From a virus (lineage: Duplodnaviria; Caudoviricetes): 64,000 nucleotides of DNA. A model generated the notes under the pieces. It was not told where the DNA came from. It saw only the letters and a program-made list of their open reading frames with translations, and searched no databases. The DNA is taken from the IMG/VR virus record IMGVR_UViG_3300020577_006105; one strand, 5' to 3'. Numbering within the stretch: position 1 is the stretch's first letter; every line of letters starts with the position of its first letter. Of this stretch, positions 21,320 to 31,409 are shown in pieces. The position numbers were made by a program, and so were the translations under genes.

Positions 21320-22750
21320 TTATCTCATCATGAAATTGCTAAAGGCTTCGCGCAAGTCTTGAATCTTTTTGTTCATAGATTGTTGCATATTGGTAAGTTC
21401 GGTTGAGAATTTGTGTGTCAAAACATGTTCGAGTTCTACTCGACTGTTGGCCTCTTGACTTAATACATGTTGAATCATTTGTTCGATTTGATTTTCTTGA
21501 GTTGCAACCGTGCTGTTGTTCACAGCGGTAGAATTTGGTGATACTGGACTCGTTGCAGATTTTGCTGCTTTGATGACTTGTTTCCAGTCTTGTCGACCTT
21601 CACCAAGAATTGTCCTGACTTGTTCATACACTTCGGCATCAGACTGTGTAGTAACAGAGGGCATTGTGTTGTGTGTCACATTGTCATTACGACCAACATT
21701 AGTACCTGACTTGTTAGACTGATGTGATTTGCTCTGGTGCGCAATGGGGAGTTCTGATGCTTTACTTGGTACGCCAATAGATTCGCTGGTAGGTTGTTGA
21801 TGGTTTGATTGTGTGCTCGCTGTGTCTGTGTTTGTGGCACTTGACCAATCTCGGGCTATAGGTTTGTCATTTGATACAACTGTGCGATTCATTAGTTCAA
21901 TATCTATCGAATGCTCGGTGCTGCCATCTCTGGTGTAAGACTGAGGTTCTGTATGTTTGGAATCCAAGCCTTTCACATCTATCGAACTGCCATCTCTGGT
22001 GTAAGACTGAGGTTCTGTATGTTTGGAATCCAAGCCTTTCGCATCTATCGAATTATCTGTGTTGACCTTGGTGTAAGATGACTGCTCTGTGTTCCTGTTT
22101 GTACGATTGGTGAGTATAGAGCCCGGCGAAACAACTACATCAGATTTAATACTGTAGGTGTTATGATTGTGTGTTTGATTGTCATTGGTAATGGTTGAAA
22201 TATGGTTGTTGAATTCAACATTAGTCAAACTTGTTGGCGACAGATTGACCACAATGGCTTTTTCTTGAATGATTTGATTTGTGACATTCTGTGTTGGCGG
22301 AGCAACATCGCCGGCGTCAGAGTGTCCTAACTGCTTTAGCAAGCCCATAACATCCCTGCTCGGCCCGCCTTTTTCTGGTGCGACTGCATTTACAGGCTTG
22401 GCATCCTTCACAGACATAAAATTGTCATTCTGGAATCCGGTGGGTTTCCAAGTGAATTCTGATTCGTCACTGTTTTGTGGGAAAACAGCATCTTGACCCT
22501 TGCCGCCATTAGACTGAATAGGGATATACTTTCTTGAAATCCGTTTTGGTGTATTGGCCTCTGCGACCTCGGGTAATCCAGAATCGGGTTTTCCAGAAGT
22601 ATCACCTGCGGTATATGACGTAATATGAAGCGCATCAGTACGCACACCGTGACTAATGATGTCGTTTGATAACGCAGGGCTGACATCGCCAGGCAATGCA
22701 TCGTGCGCAACAAATGCGTCTTGGTTGAATCTAGTCGTCTTTTGGTTCAT
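21320..22750 (-). CDS. Low-complexity Ser/Thr/Asn/Gln-rich protein with C-terminal coiled coil (476 aa)
   Basis: ORF track; contains an internal 22-aa duplication. Confidence 0.6.
   Translation of the reverse strand: MNQKTTRFNQDAFVAHDALPGDVSPALSNDIISHGVRTDALHITSYTAGDTSGKPDSGLPEVAEANTPKRISRKYIPIQSNGGKGQDAVFPQNSDESEFTWKPTGFQNDNFMSVKDAKPVNAVAPEKGGPSRDVMGLLKQLGHSDAGDVAPPTQNVTNQIIQEKAIVVNLSPTSLTNVEFNNHISTITNDNQTHNHNTYSIKSDVVVSPGSILTNRTNRNTEQSSYTKVNTDNSIDAKGLDSKHTEPQSYTRDGSSIDVKGLDSKHTEPQSYTRDGSTEHSIDIELMNRTVVSNDKPIARDWSSATNTDTASTQSNHQQPTSESIGVPSKASELPIAHQSKSHQSNKSGTNVGRNDNVTHNTMPSVTTQSDAEVYEQVRTILGEGRQDWKQVIKAAKSATSPVSPNSTAVNNSTVATQENQIEQMIQHVLSQEANSRVELEHVLTHKFSTELTNMQQSMNKKIQDLREAFSNFMMR
21921..22052. 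repeat. Tandem direct repeat, 2 x 66 bp, in frame (SID[A/V]KGLDSKHTEPQSYTRDGS)
   Basis: Copies at 21921-21986 and 21987-22052 with one mismatch. Confidence 0.9.
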
Positions 22751-25043
22751 GTCGATGAGACTTGTGTTTGTGTTTTCGAGTGTGCTCCTCTACTTCTTTT
22801 ACAGTCTCATGTCTATGTTTGTCTGGATGTTCAAGCACTGTGCCATATCCTGGTAGCAAATCATCAAAGTACTTTCTGATGATTTCGTCTGCAATTCTAT
22901 CAGCCTCTTGTTCTTCAACGTTGGCTATCCGCTCGTTTACCATACGACCAGTTAATCTTACTTGTTTCTCTAGGCTTGCTGGCGCACCACCAGCCACACT
23001 ACCCATCGTAGCTGCTATAATCTGAGTGTACTTAGCCTTAACGCCCTCAATTTTAGATACTAACTGCTTGCGTCTTTGAATCAGTGCATTAGAGATTGAT
23101 TTGTCCATTTGACCCGTGCCAAGAACGCTCTGGATTTTAGCAATAGCATTTCTGAACTCCATGACTACGCGCATGTAAAGCACAATCAGTGCCTGACTAG
23201 GCGCAGGACCAACAACGTTTTTGTATTGTCCGTCTTGGGTCATTGTGCGATATGTAGTCATGCCAAATTGGCCAACAAAGTCATTTCCTGTGTTGGCTTT
23301 AATTTGAGCACCAAGATTTTCGAACATCGAAATCTGCTCTTCGAGCCTAGTAACCCTAACAAGTGTTGGTAGAACAGTGGCGTAGTCCACCAGTTGTTGT
23401 TTTGACTTCTCTAACTCGGTTTGAAGCAGTTTTGAGTTGGCATCAAAATGTCTTATGGCTAAACTGAGCTGAGCCTTTTCTTGTTGGTGTGTTGATGGGT
23501 TCAGTAATCTATTAGACTCGTCAACGAACAACGAAAGAATACGCCCGTATTCCTGAATTTCATCAAATGTTCTCTCTATTAACGCACCGCATTTTGCAAC
23601 GGTTTGCGTAATCACCTGAGGTGTTAATAGTGTGACATTATTGATTTGGCTTAATTCACCTGTACCGCCGCCAACTTTCATACCACTCTCGGTGGCCATT
23701 GCGGCCTGCAATGGTTTCATATTGCTTTCAATGATTCTGTACATCCATCCGCCAGGAGGATTCTGCATAAGACCAAGATTTGCCTCCAGTTCGTTCATGC
23801 GTTGCAACTGCATTGCTAATCCGCCGTTGAGCTGCACCATGGTTTGAAAAGCGTTGTTTTGAACACCAAAAGAGTCTTTTTGAGCCTGTTCTTGCGTGGT
23901 TCCTGGTTTGATATATTGGTTACCAGCAGCAGAACCTGCAGCGCCTGCTCCTTCAAACGCCTTCTTGGAATTCTCGTTATAGTCTTCAAACTTGTTTTCT
24001 TCTTTGCGAACCTCTTGTCGTGTTTGTGCGAGAACCTCACGGTTTACGTATGTGCTTGCCTGCGGTCGAAGGTCTGGGCTTGAACGGCTTAGGCCAAACA
24101 TATCGTTGAAGACTGAAATTTTTGCACCAAAGATTAGAATGTTTTTGCTTAACATTTGAACAGCGGCCATTCCATCAAGTCCCAAGAATGTAAATGCCTC
24201 TTCTGGGTTTTTTGCCCAACTGTTGTATATCTCGCTCAGCATCTCAAAATTAGGTTCATATACCTTTTCCCATGCAAGTTTTGCAGCAGCCTCATCAAAG
24301 GTGAACTTCATTCTTTGCCATTTCTCAAACATCGCGGCTTTTTTGTTTTCGATGGTTAGTCGCTTGTGTGCTGGCGAGAATACCTCTGTAACAATACCAT
24401 TCATCTTTGTGTAGTATTCATTAAGGCTTCTTCCGTGCTTCATTGCGGCGGTGAACGCACCAATCCAGCTTAAAATTGGCAATGCTTGAATATCACCTCG
24501 AGATGCATCTGCAAACATTTTGACAATATTGAAGTTGGGGTTTTGTTGATATTCATGCGATAGTTCTTTGAGAACTTGCAAGATTCTATTAACCTTATCT
24601 GCTGGCGCTGCGGCGCGTGATTGAATCGCAACGCGCATCACGATTGACAGAACATCCCTGAAATTGCCACCAAGTTGCGGAACCATATCTTGCAATTTGC
24701 TAAAAAGCTCAGATTGCTCTGGGATTTGTAATCCATTGTGCAAAAGCGTGTCGCTAAATGCTTTGACTTCTTCTTCACCCATGCCATATTGCGCACCGAG
24801 TGCGTACATAGACTGTAGGTTCAAATACATTGGTCCCATTGCTCGAGCACCAGCTAGTGTCTTTGGTGCTCCCATATCACCGGGTTGAAGTGCGTCATTT
24901 GCAACATTAACTGCGGTTCCTGCCGCATTTAATGCTGGGTTATTGCCCAAAATCATACTAGCACCTTGTATAGCGGTGCTAGGTAGATTTGTTGGACTTA
25001 TTTGCGCAAATCTTCTCTGCCGCATATTGGGATTATTGCTCAC
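22731..25043 (-). CDS. Helical Ala/Gln-rich protein, possible internal virion or tape-measure-like protein (770 aa)
   Basis: GTG start; predominantly helical composition; function inferred from context only. Confidence 0.5.
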   Translation of the reverse strand: MSNNPNMRQRRFAQISPTNLPSTAIQGASMILGNNPALNAAGTAVNVANDALQPGDMGAPKTLAGARAMGPMYLNLQSMYALGAQYGMGEEEVKAFSDTLLHNGLQIPEQSELFSKLQDMVPQLGGNFRDVLSIVMRVAIQSRAAAPADKVNRILQVLKELSHEYQQNPNFNIVKMFADASRGDIQALPILSWIGAFTAAMKHGRSLNEYYTKMNGIVTEVFSPAHKRLTIENKKAAMFEKWQRMKFTFDEAAAKLAWEKVYEPNFEMLSEIYNSWAKNPEEAFTFLGLDGMAAVQMLSKNILIFGAKISVFNDMFGLSRSSPDLRPQASTYVNREVLAQTRQEVRKEENKFEDYNENSKKAFEGAGAAGSAAGNQYIKPGTTQEQAQKDSFGVQNNAFQTMVQLNGGLAMQLQRMNELEANLGLMQNPPGGWMYRIIESNMKPLQAAMATESGMKVGGGTGELSQINNVTLLTPQVITQTVAKCGALIERTFDEIQEYGRILSLFVDESNRLLNPSTHQQEKAQLSLAIRHFDANSKLLQTELEKSKQQLVDYATVLPTLVRVTRLEEQISMFENLGAQIKANTGNDFVGQFGMTTYRTMTQDGQYKNVVGPAPSQALIVLYMRVVMEFRNAIAKIQSVLGTGQMDKSISNALIQRRKQLVSKIEGVKAKYTQIIAATMGSVAGGAPASLEKQVRLTGRMVNERIANVEEQEADRIADEIIRKYFDDLLPGYGTVLEHPDKHRHETVKEVEEHTRKHKHKSHRHEPKDD

Positions 25044-25079
25044 TATGGTTACTTTACTGGATGCAATGGCTTGTCCCTA

Positions 25080-25292
25080 CTAAATGCTGGGAACTAATTG
25101 CTTTGCTCTTGCTTCAGAAATGACCTTATAGCATACTGTTCCGGCATGCGGGCACGTACCCCTAAGGGCGTAGCGATTGTTTTTCAGCTTAACCAATTCT
25201 GGTGCTGTGATGATGACCGTGGTTCTGCATTTGACGCAAAACATCTTTTCGGTGTGCGAAGGGTTTGTCTTGTAAGATTGTACTGTTGGCAT
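25080..25292 (-). CDS. DUF5679-like small zinc-ribbon protein
   Basis: MFCVKCRTTV...LKNNRYALRGTCPHAGTVCYKVI; likely start MPTVQ at 25292 with AAGGAG upstream. Confidence 0.65.
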   Translation of the reverse strand: MPTVQSYKTNPSHTEKMFCVKCRTTVIITAPELVKLKNNRYALRGTCPHAGTVCYKVISEARAKQLVPSI

Positions 25293-25329
25293 TGGTGTCT
25301 CCTTGATATGTTTGTTGTACAAGTAAAGC

Positions 25330-25686
25330 ATGCCGAACTACGAGTTCGAATATGTCGACAACGATGGCCAGACTCATTACTTTGAGCAATGGGTTGAAGC
25401 TGACAGGCAAGATTTAGTTGCTGAGATGAAAAGTCCTTGTGGACAATATCCAGCTTCGCGTGTTTGGACAGCTCCACCTATGCATCATGGCATGACTGCA
25501 AAAGAGAAAACTTCTGGCACAACCAAGTATCGAAAGGAATTCTCGCACTATGCTCGCGAACAGCGATATGAGCGCAAAAAGAATTCGGAACCAGGCACCA
25601 GGGACGCCATTTCAAATGAACTCTGGACTGGAAACGAATCTTTCAAGAATGTTTTGTCCGCCGAACCAAAGGTGAACAAGGCTTGA
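25330..25686 (+). CDS. FmdB-like (degenerate zinc-ribbon) small regulatory protein
   Basis: N-terminus MPNYEFEY...YFE...SPCG...RVWTAP resembles the MPxYEY-C family with Cys losses. Confidence 0.5.
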   Translation: MPNYEFEYVDNDGQTHYFEQWVEADRQDLVAEMKSPCGQYPASRVWTAPPMHHGMTAKEKTSGTTKYRKEFSHYAREQRYERKKNSEPGTRDAISNELWTGNESFKNVLSAEPKVNKA

Positions 25687-25744
25687 TTTCCTAATAGACA
25701 AATTGCGCACATGCGCATGCTACAAAAACAAAAAGGAGCAGACA

Positions 25745-26596
25745 ATGAGTAACAAAAACACAACCCCACGGGCCAAGTCGCCTAGCAATACGCGAGCAGC
25801 TCGCACAACACCTCAGGCTGAAGCAGCGGAGCAGGTTCAAGAGACATTTTATGTCCAAAATCCGTACCCTGGCATTCACCACATTTCCGACATCGACCTT
25901 TCGTTTGGTCCATTTGAGGCTAAGAACCTTCTTTGGGAAAAGTCTGAATTGGTCAAACAAAGCTACGACCTTGCCAAAGCACTTAACAGCGGTTCGTTAA
26001 TTCGTATCAGCCAGTCTCAGTATGAAGCCATTCTTCAACAAGAGCAGCAGATTGAACAAATGGAGCTCGCGCAGAAAATGCACGGCAATCGCATGGTGGG
26101 TGTTGATGCCAATGGACGAAGAGTCGCCGCCGAGGCAATCAACGTCAATGCTGAAAGTCCAAACAATCGAGCACCAATGAGCTTGGCCGGCGATGCCAAT
26201 GACCCCAAAACATATGCAATGGCACTCCAGGTCTATACGCGAATGTGCGCTGCTAGTGGACAAGAGGCCAATGCGCGTGACTTTAATGCTCAAATTGAAA
26301 AAAATCCAAGGTTCCTTCAGGGATTACTTGACCAGATTGGATTTGTGCCAGAGGCACTCGGACAGACTTCGGGTGTAACCGGTCGTGGCAGGGCTACAGT
26401 TGCCACCGTTCCAGAAAGCACAGGCTTTGGTGGAACCGCACAGGTCAACATGAGCAATTTCCAGCGCGACCAATATGTTGCTGGCGGACAAAACACTCGA
26501 AGCAATAGCTTTGACTACGAAATTCCAGCCGGCGACGACAACATTGACTTGTTGCCAGACGCCGAAGAAATTGACTTGATGCTGGACGGCGACTAA
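25745..26596 (+). CDS. Hypothetical protein
   Basis: ORF track 25703..26596; likely start MSNKNT at 25745 after AAAGGAG. Confidence 0.65.
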   Translation: MSNKNTTPRAKSPSNTRAARTTPQAEAAEQVQETFYVQNPYPGIHHISDIDLSFGPFEAKNLLWEKSELVKQSYDLAKALNSGSLIRISQSQYEAILQQEQQIEQMELAQKMHGNRMVGVDANGRRVAAEAINVNAESPNNRAPMSLAGDANDPKTYAMALQVYTRMCAASGQEANARDFNAQIEKNPRFLQGLLDQIGFVPEALGQTSGVTGRGRATVATVPESTGFGGTAQVNMSNFQRDQYVAGGQNTRSNSFDYEIPAGDDNIDLLPDAEEIDLMLDGD

Positions 26597-26626
26597 CCAC
26601 TAGCACAAAATTCAACAAAACCAATT

Positions 26627-26655
26627 GAAAGGCCGGGAAACCCCCGGCCTTTCTC
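26627..26655 (+). terminator. Intrinsic terminator-like hairpin
   Basis: GAAAGGCCGGG-loop-CCCGGCCTTTC just after the stop at 26596. Confidence 0.7.
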
Positions 26656-26668
26656 GTATAAAGAAGTT

Positions 26669-27727
26669 ATGCCTGGATATGATATGAATGCATTTAGCGA
26701 GGATGTTCCTCTTGTTTACTATGGTTCACAAGATAGTCCTGGCGTTTATCTCAACTGGGATAGATACCCAGCACCATCTGCATCTATCGCCACCTATCAA
26801 ATCGAAAGAGCGACCAATTTCTATGGACCGTTTGAGATAGTAGATACAGTCGACTATCCAGTCAATGAATACATTGATGAAACAGGTCGACCAGAATATT
26901 ACTATCGCATAGTAGAGCTTGACGGTGACGGATTCACATTGAGAACAAGTCAGCCAATTATCGGAGATGAGCTGCTCGTCAAAGCATCATTGGCATACCA
27001 GGTCAGGGACTTGCTTCGTGTGCGCGTTTTAGATGAAGAAGTGCCATTCAATCGAAATCGCACAGTTGCATTTTCATCATTCCCGAACTGGAATTACTCT
27101 CCCAGACCTATGATTCGAATTTCTAGCCTGTCTAATGACGGCGCAAGAGACCCAATGGAGATTATGAGCGAAGACGAGGGTATCTTGCGTACATTTGGAA
27201 CCACAGACAATTATCCAAGCGGTCTGAAATACAAACTGGATTACCAAGGTCGCATCTATTTCATTGATGGCAATGACGAACCTCTAGCTGTCGATTACGC
27301 AGACACAGTGCTCGCAACATATTACGTCAGAATGTTCTCTGGTCGAGAAATGAATGACGCGCTGTATATGGCACTTCAACAAATCAACGCACTGCCTGGT
27401 GTCACTGCATACTCATCAGTTGGTGGTGCTCCATATTGGTACGATGCCGCGCTTGTTATTGGCGCAACATATTGGCTGATACGCTCGTTGATGCTAAGGC
27501 TAACCAACAGAGAAACCAGGTTACTAGTGCATGAACCTGGAGCAGACGACCCATGGTTTGACAATCTTAAAACGATTGCAGATATGTACAAAACCGACTG
27601 GGATTCAATCTTGAAGACGCTGCCTAAAGCCAGATACCCAAGCCTACGAACAGTCGTTACACCAGAGTACTACCTTCCAGGTGGTCGCTCAAGATTCTTC
27701 AGATACGTTTGGAAGGGAAATGCGTGA
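26669..27727 (+). CDS. Neck / head-tail adaptor-like protein with N-terminal FN3-like segment (352 aa)
   Basis: LNWDRYP..TYQIERATNFYGPFEIV..YIDETG..YYYRIV is FN3-like; C-terminal helical adaptor-like region (ALQQINALPG..AALVIGATYWLIRSL). Confidence 0.5.
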   Translation: MPGYDMNAFSEDVPLVYYGSQDSPGVYLNWDRYPAPSASIATYQIERATNFYGPFEIVDTVDYPVNEYIDETGRPEYYYRIVELDGDGFTLRTSQPIIGDELLVKASLAYQVRDLLRVRVLDEEVPFNRNRTVAFSSFPNWNYSPRPMIRISSLSNDGARDPMEIMSEDEGILRTFGTTDNYPSGLKYKLDYQGRIYFIDGNDEPLAVDYADTVLATYYVRMFSGREMNDALYMALQQINALPGVTAYSSVGGAPYWYDAALVIGATYWLIRSLMLRLTNRETRLLVHEPGADDPWFDNLKTIADMYKTDWDSILKTLPKARYPSLRTVVTPEYYLPGGRSRFFRYVWKGNA

Positions 27728-28684
27728 TTTGCCCAAGAAATCAAACCAATTTTTCCATCCCACATTAGAATATGTTTGGTCTGGATATTTAGGTGCATTA
27801 ACATCTGGATTGTTCGAGCACCACTTTCTCCATGCTAGACCGCTTTTGATACTTAATGACTGCGCTATTTTTTTACATTCATCATAGGAAATCCATGGTT
27901 CATAAGCCTTGACATTTAGGCAGTAGTCATCTTTGACTACAATATTGATATCGGGTATGTTGTTTTCAAAGAAGAGCACGAGTGCTTTATCTGCGTTTTG
28001 TATTTCATCGTATTTGATAATCAATAGCGGAATGTTCATTTTTTGACAATATTCATACTTTATCAAATCTTTCTTCTGTGTCTCTAGTAAGTATGCCAAA
28101 CCACCCCAATGTTCTACTGGAAAATAATGTTGCTGCCCGTGAAACTCTATTAACCCCAAGACAAAATCATTTTGAATAATTGCAAAGTCAAATTTGAGTA
28201 CCGCCTTATCTACACATTCACTTATTGAAAACTGATGCCTGTGTTCTATCTTTGAATCGCTTAAAATTCTAGATATAATCACTTCGCCATAAGAAGCACC
28301 TCTTCTATACCCTAAGAAATCAGACCAAGACACCCACCCTTTGCCAAGATATGCCAACCTCGGTTCACTTGGAATGTTTTTTGGTTTTTGACCCGACTTC
28401 ACAAATCTCTCCCAGTCAATTTTGGATTTCATATTCAGTGTTTGCGCAAATAACCTGCATTCTTCATAGTTTGTATAACTATGAGAAGAAATTGTATGTG
28501 TCTGCAGAAACTCGCCCCAGGAATCCCATTCATTATAAAATGTATCTGGTCTAGCAGGAAATTGCCCTGGACGACCATGCGCTTTCATATATGTGCTCAG
28601 TTGTCTTTTGGATTTGATTTTGTGGTCAACCACCCATTTTTGAGCCTCGTGATACGACCAATAGTTGCTCTTATTAACTTTCAT
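27689..28684 (-). CDS. Free-standing PD-(D/E)XK (Vsr/DUF559-like) endonuclease with integrase-repeat-like DNA-binding units
   Basis: SYGEVIIS..LKFDFAI..LIEFHGQQHY..DLIKYEYC..IPLLIIKY; three repeats of the type YEECR.FAQ.L..KS..DW...P..P...Y..GW.SW.DFLG; AT-rich and antisense to neighbours. Confidence 0.75.
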   Translation of the reverse strand: MKVNKSNYWSYHEAQKWVVDHKIKSKRQLSTYMKAHGRPGQFPARPDTFYNEWDSWGEFLQTHTISSHSYTNYEECRLFAQTLNMKSKIDWERFVKSGQKPKNIPSEPRLAYLGKGWVSWSDFLGYRRGASYGEVIISRILSDSKIEHRHQFSISECVDKAVLKFDFAIIQNDFVLGLIEFHGQQHYFPVEHWGGLAYLLETQKKDLIKYEYCQKMNIPLLIIKYDEIQNADKALVLFFENNIPDINIVVKDDYCLNVKAYEPWISYDECKKIAQSLSIKSGLAWRKWCSNNPDVNAPKYPDQTYSNVGWKNWFDFLGKSRISLPNVSEES

Positions 28685-28734
28685 AATTCATGCCTTCTTG
28701 GAAAGGTGGCGCAAAACCTACAATATTATGGTGA

Positions 28735-30363
28735 TTGTTCGTGATTGCCAACAGTCGCGTAACTGTGGTGAGTCAGGTCACCAGCGAAGAGTCTGCATCC
28801 AAATCATTACCAGTTCTTGTAGCGGCCTGCAATGGTTTAGTTGATGAACTGATTATTGTGGTGCCGAAAGCCGATAAAATACTGACCGGCGTAGTTTGGG
28901 GACTGCTATTAGATGCATCATGTGATGCAAGGGTAGTTGCATTCAGCGACCACGCCAGTAAAATGTACATTCCTGCCATTTTCGGCATTCCAGAACTTGA
29001 AAATGCAGAAATCATTGTATGGTGCTCTGAAGACCTGTGTTATATTCATCCAGACGCTATATGTAATCTTGTTTCACATATAGCCAGCAGAAAAGAATTG
29101 TCATTCGCGTATCCGGCATGTGTCGGCACTGAGCGAACCACATATATGCAACAAGCGATGGGTTTCTTGCCGCCATGGTGCTTCAAGATGTGGGATGGTC
29201 TATACATAGACTACCTAGACATACGCAAAGAGCACCCCAATTTGCAAGAGGCGTGTCATCGTGCGTGGCTTTCCGAATTAAACCAGGGTCGAGAGTCGTT
29301 GCAACAATTTGGAGTGATTCGACTTGAGGAAAAAGACATTCCGGTAGAGTGCTGTTTTGCTTTTGACAACAGGAAAAGGCACGAACTATTCAAGCCTTCA
29401 GACCGAAGTGCCAAGGTTGCATTGATGCGACACATCACAAAGACTGAAATTTGTGGTCGCGCCTGGACTGCGTATTACGCATATCCCGAGCATGTTAAAC
29501 ACATGGACCGGACAGATATATGGACTCAATATCTCTCACACATTCAGCAATCATCTGACGCGGTGGCCAAAGTTGTCGAAGACGAGATTCAATATGGTTC
29601 GGAGTCCAGCTTGTTAAACTCTATGGTTGGTGAATGCGCCAAGAGCCCAAGTGCTGAAGATTTAAGGTTTTGCATATCAACACACATAAGCGACATGCAT
29701 CGCTCCGTGCCTGTGATTACAAACAGCCTGTTTAGGAATGGGGTCAAACCAGAGCAAATTCATATCGTCGCAGGCGGATTTGAAAGTCAACAAACACTTG
29801 AAATCAACCGCGTAAAAGTTCATTGCGTCACACACAACTCGTATGACCACACTGCGTTAATTGACGTAGTTGAAAATAATGTCCCTGGGTGGTGGTGGTT
29901 CGTGATGCACGCCACGTCCGAGGTCGGCCCAAGGTTTATCGAACGAATTCTGGAAAAAGGACTCGATTGCGAACATATCGCAGTTCTCGAGTATGGCTGG
30001 CTAAACATGGGATTGATGTCCCGCTCGTTCATTGAAAAGAACACAAACTACATTCTAAATCTCAAAAACTGTTCTAAGATGCAAGCTATTCTCACAGAGC
30101 AAATGTATTGGCGTATGGCAGAGACTAGAGACTATTACAACGAAGTGAGTCCAAAGATATATGCCGGGAGTAGAGAGGTGTACCAGGACGGCATTCAAAG
30201 GCAGATTCTATATCTTGATGGATGTGACTTGTACAAATATCAAGCGTATCACATTATTCAAGAACGCACACAGAGGCTGTTGTCAGAAAACATTGTGCAA
30301 TCTTCAGATTTGATACCAAAAACCAAGAGTAACCAGCAACAATATGAGACCAACAAAAAATGA
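28735..30363 (+). CDS. Two-domain glycosyltransferase-like protein (542 aa)
   Basis: N-domain parallels 56921..57772 (VWCSEDLCYIHPDAI vs VRLDDDICWMMPGAL); C-domain GT-A-like (FCISTH..HNSYDHTALI..WWFVMHATSEVG). Confidence 0.55.
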   Translation: MFVIANSRVTVVSQVTSEESASKSLPVLVAACNGLVDELIIVVPKADKILTGVVWGLLLDASCDARVVAFSDHASKMYIPAIFGIPELENAEIIVWCSEDLCYIHPDAICNLVSHIASRKELSFAYPACVGTERTTYMQQAMGFLPPWCFKMWDGLYIDYLDIRKEHPNLQEACHRAWLSELNQGRESLQQFGVIRLEEKDIPVECCFAFDNRKRHELFKPSDRSAKVALMRHITKTEICGRAWTAYYAYPEHVKHMDRTDIWTQYLSHIQQSSDAVAKVVEDEIQYGSESSLLNSMVGECAKSPSAEDLRFCISTHISDMHRSVPVITNSLFRNGVKPEQIHIVAGGFESQQTLEINRVKVHCVTHNSYDHTALIDVVENNVPGWWWFVMHATSEVGPRFIERILEKGLDCEHIAVLEYGWLNMGLMSRSFIEKNTNYILNLKNCSKMQAILTEQMYWRMAETRDYYNEVSPKIYAGSREVYQDGIQRQILYLDGCDLYKYQAYHIIQERTQRLLSENIVQSSDLIPKTKSNQQQYETNKK

Positions 30364-30695
30364 AAGACGAATCTCAAGCAATAGAAAATCTGGGGGATTT
30401 CCTCAAGCGGCTAGATTGGCAGGACTACGAATTTGTCCAGCAGCCAGAGCTACCGCATGGCGTGTCACCGCAAGCTAAAATCACCCCTGAAAATCAAGCT
30501 AAGCTGGAAGCCTATCGGTTACAGCGCGTAAAATGGCGCCAGTGTATGGAATCAATCACACCTGGCACGGTGCTGTTTTTGAAGACAGGCAAGTTCATAC
30601 TGGTTGGTCACGTGAACGAGAGTCTTACGTCTAAAGAGAACTACGAACCAGATTTTGAATACGAAGACATCTGTAAGATAGCCAAGTTGTGGTAA
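30360..30695 (+). CDS. Hypothetical protein (111 aa)
   Basis: ORF track; ATGA overlap with upstream gene. Confidence 0.6.
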   Translation: MKDESQAIENLGDFLKRLDWQDYEFVQQPELPHGVSPQAKITPENQAKLEAYRLQRVKWRQCMESITPGTVLFLKTGKFILVGHVNESLTSKENYEPDFEYEDICKIAKLW

Positions 30696-30704
30696 ACTGC
30701 ATGC

Positions 30705-31181
30705 ATGGAAATTCTGCAAAGACCAACGCACCAAGAGGTTTGCGACCTGGTTCAAGCCATTACTGGTTCATTTGAATCTATCTCGTGCGACCTCGATGCA
30801 AGTTTTGCCAACAAAATCACTGGCAAGACGAATTCAAGATTTGAGTCGCCTGTCATAATGGCGCTCCGTGTGTATCAAGATATTGTGGATGCATATTTCT
30901 GGTCTCATATGCTGGATTGCTCTGGTTGCGGTCGTGAAAATCGTGACCACGGAAATTTTTGGGGGCAATACTATGTATACTCCGAGATGGGTTGCACAAA
31001 GAAAAAGATTGACTCAGAATGGCCAGAAGGAACTCAAGATAAAGCGAAAGAGTTTCTAGACCACAGGAAGGATTACGAAGCCATTTTTCCACACATCTGC
31101 GAACTGTATGCATCTGGAATGTCATACGAAGAGGCCAGGGAAAGCGCAGAAAAAGCAGCCAAGACCCAAGTTAAGACGTGA
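30705..31181 (+). CDS. Hypothetical protein (158 aa)
   Basis: ORF track. Confidence 0.6.
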   Translation: MEILQRPTHQEVCDLVQAITGSFESISCDLDASFANKITGKTNSRFESPVIMALRVYQDIVDAYFWSHMLDCSGCGRENRDHGNFWGQYYVYSEMGCTKKKIDSEWPEGTQDKAKEFLDHRKDYEAIFPHICELYASGMSYEEARESAEKAAKTQVKT

Positions 31182-31227
31182 TTTTCGGGTTCAAACACGA
31201 CTTTTTTCGGATTTTTCTCGGAACCTC

Positions 31228-31256
31228 TTGACAAAAAACGAAGTCTGTTGTATAAT
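31228..31256 (+). promoter_or_regulatory. Consensus sigma70 promoter for the tRNA island
   Basis: TTGACA (31228-31233), 17 nt, TATAAT (31251-31256); 5' hairpin GCGATG-AAAA-CATCGC at 31267-31282. Confidence 0.9.
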
Positions 31257-31295
31257 ATGAAGGTGAGCGATGAAAACATCGCGAAAGGAATGAAC

Positions 31296-31409
31296 ATGCG
31301 ATTTAGCTTGAATAACCATAATGGAAGCACACGGTTGGCCTATCAGGCCAATACCGCCGTGCATAATTATCCCAATATGGTTCGGGCTAACTGGGGGTAC
31401 CAGGCTTAA
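31296..31409 (+). CDS. Attenuator leader peptide, Asn/His/Tyr-rich (37 aa): MRFSLNNHNGSTRLAYQANTAVHNYPNMVRANWGYQA
   Basis: SD GAAAGGA at 31283-31289; 12 of 37 codons are NAY (7 Asn, 2 His, 3 Tyr; 9 are NAU); 3' end overlaps the antiterminator. Confidence 0.8.
   Translation: MRFSLNNHNGSTRLAYQANTAVHNYPNMVRANWGYQA

Noticed and set aside
21921-22052. CRISPR array
   Set aside because: Contiguous in-frame coding repeats with no spacers; no cas genes seen
404-24888. Numerous 60-190 aa ORFs overlapping the large structural genes (for example 9588..10166)
   Set aside because: Shadow frames of long genes; the Pro-rich one is the reverse of a Gly linker
31270-31293. Short ORF MKTSRKE as the attenuator leader
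   Set aside because: Its ATG lies within the 5' hairpin, it has no sensing codons and it does not reach the antiterminator
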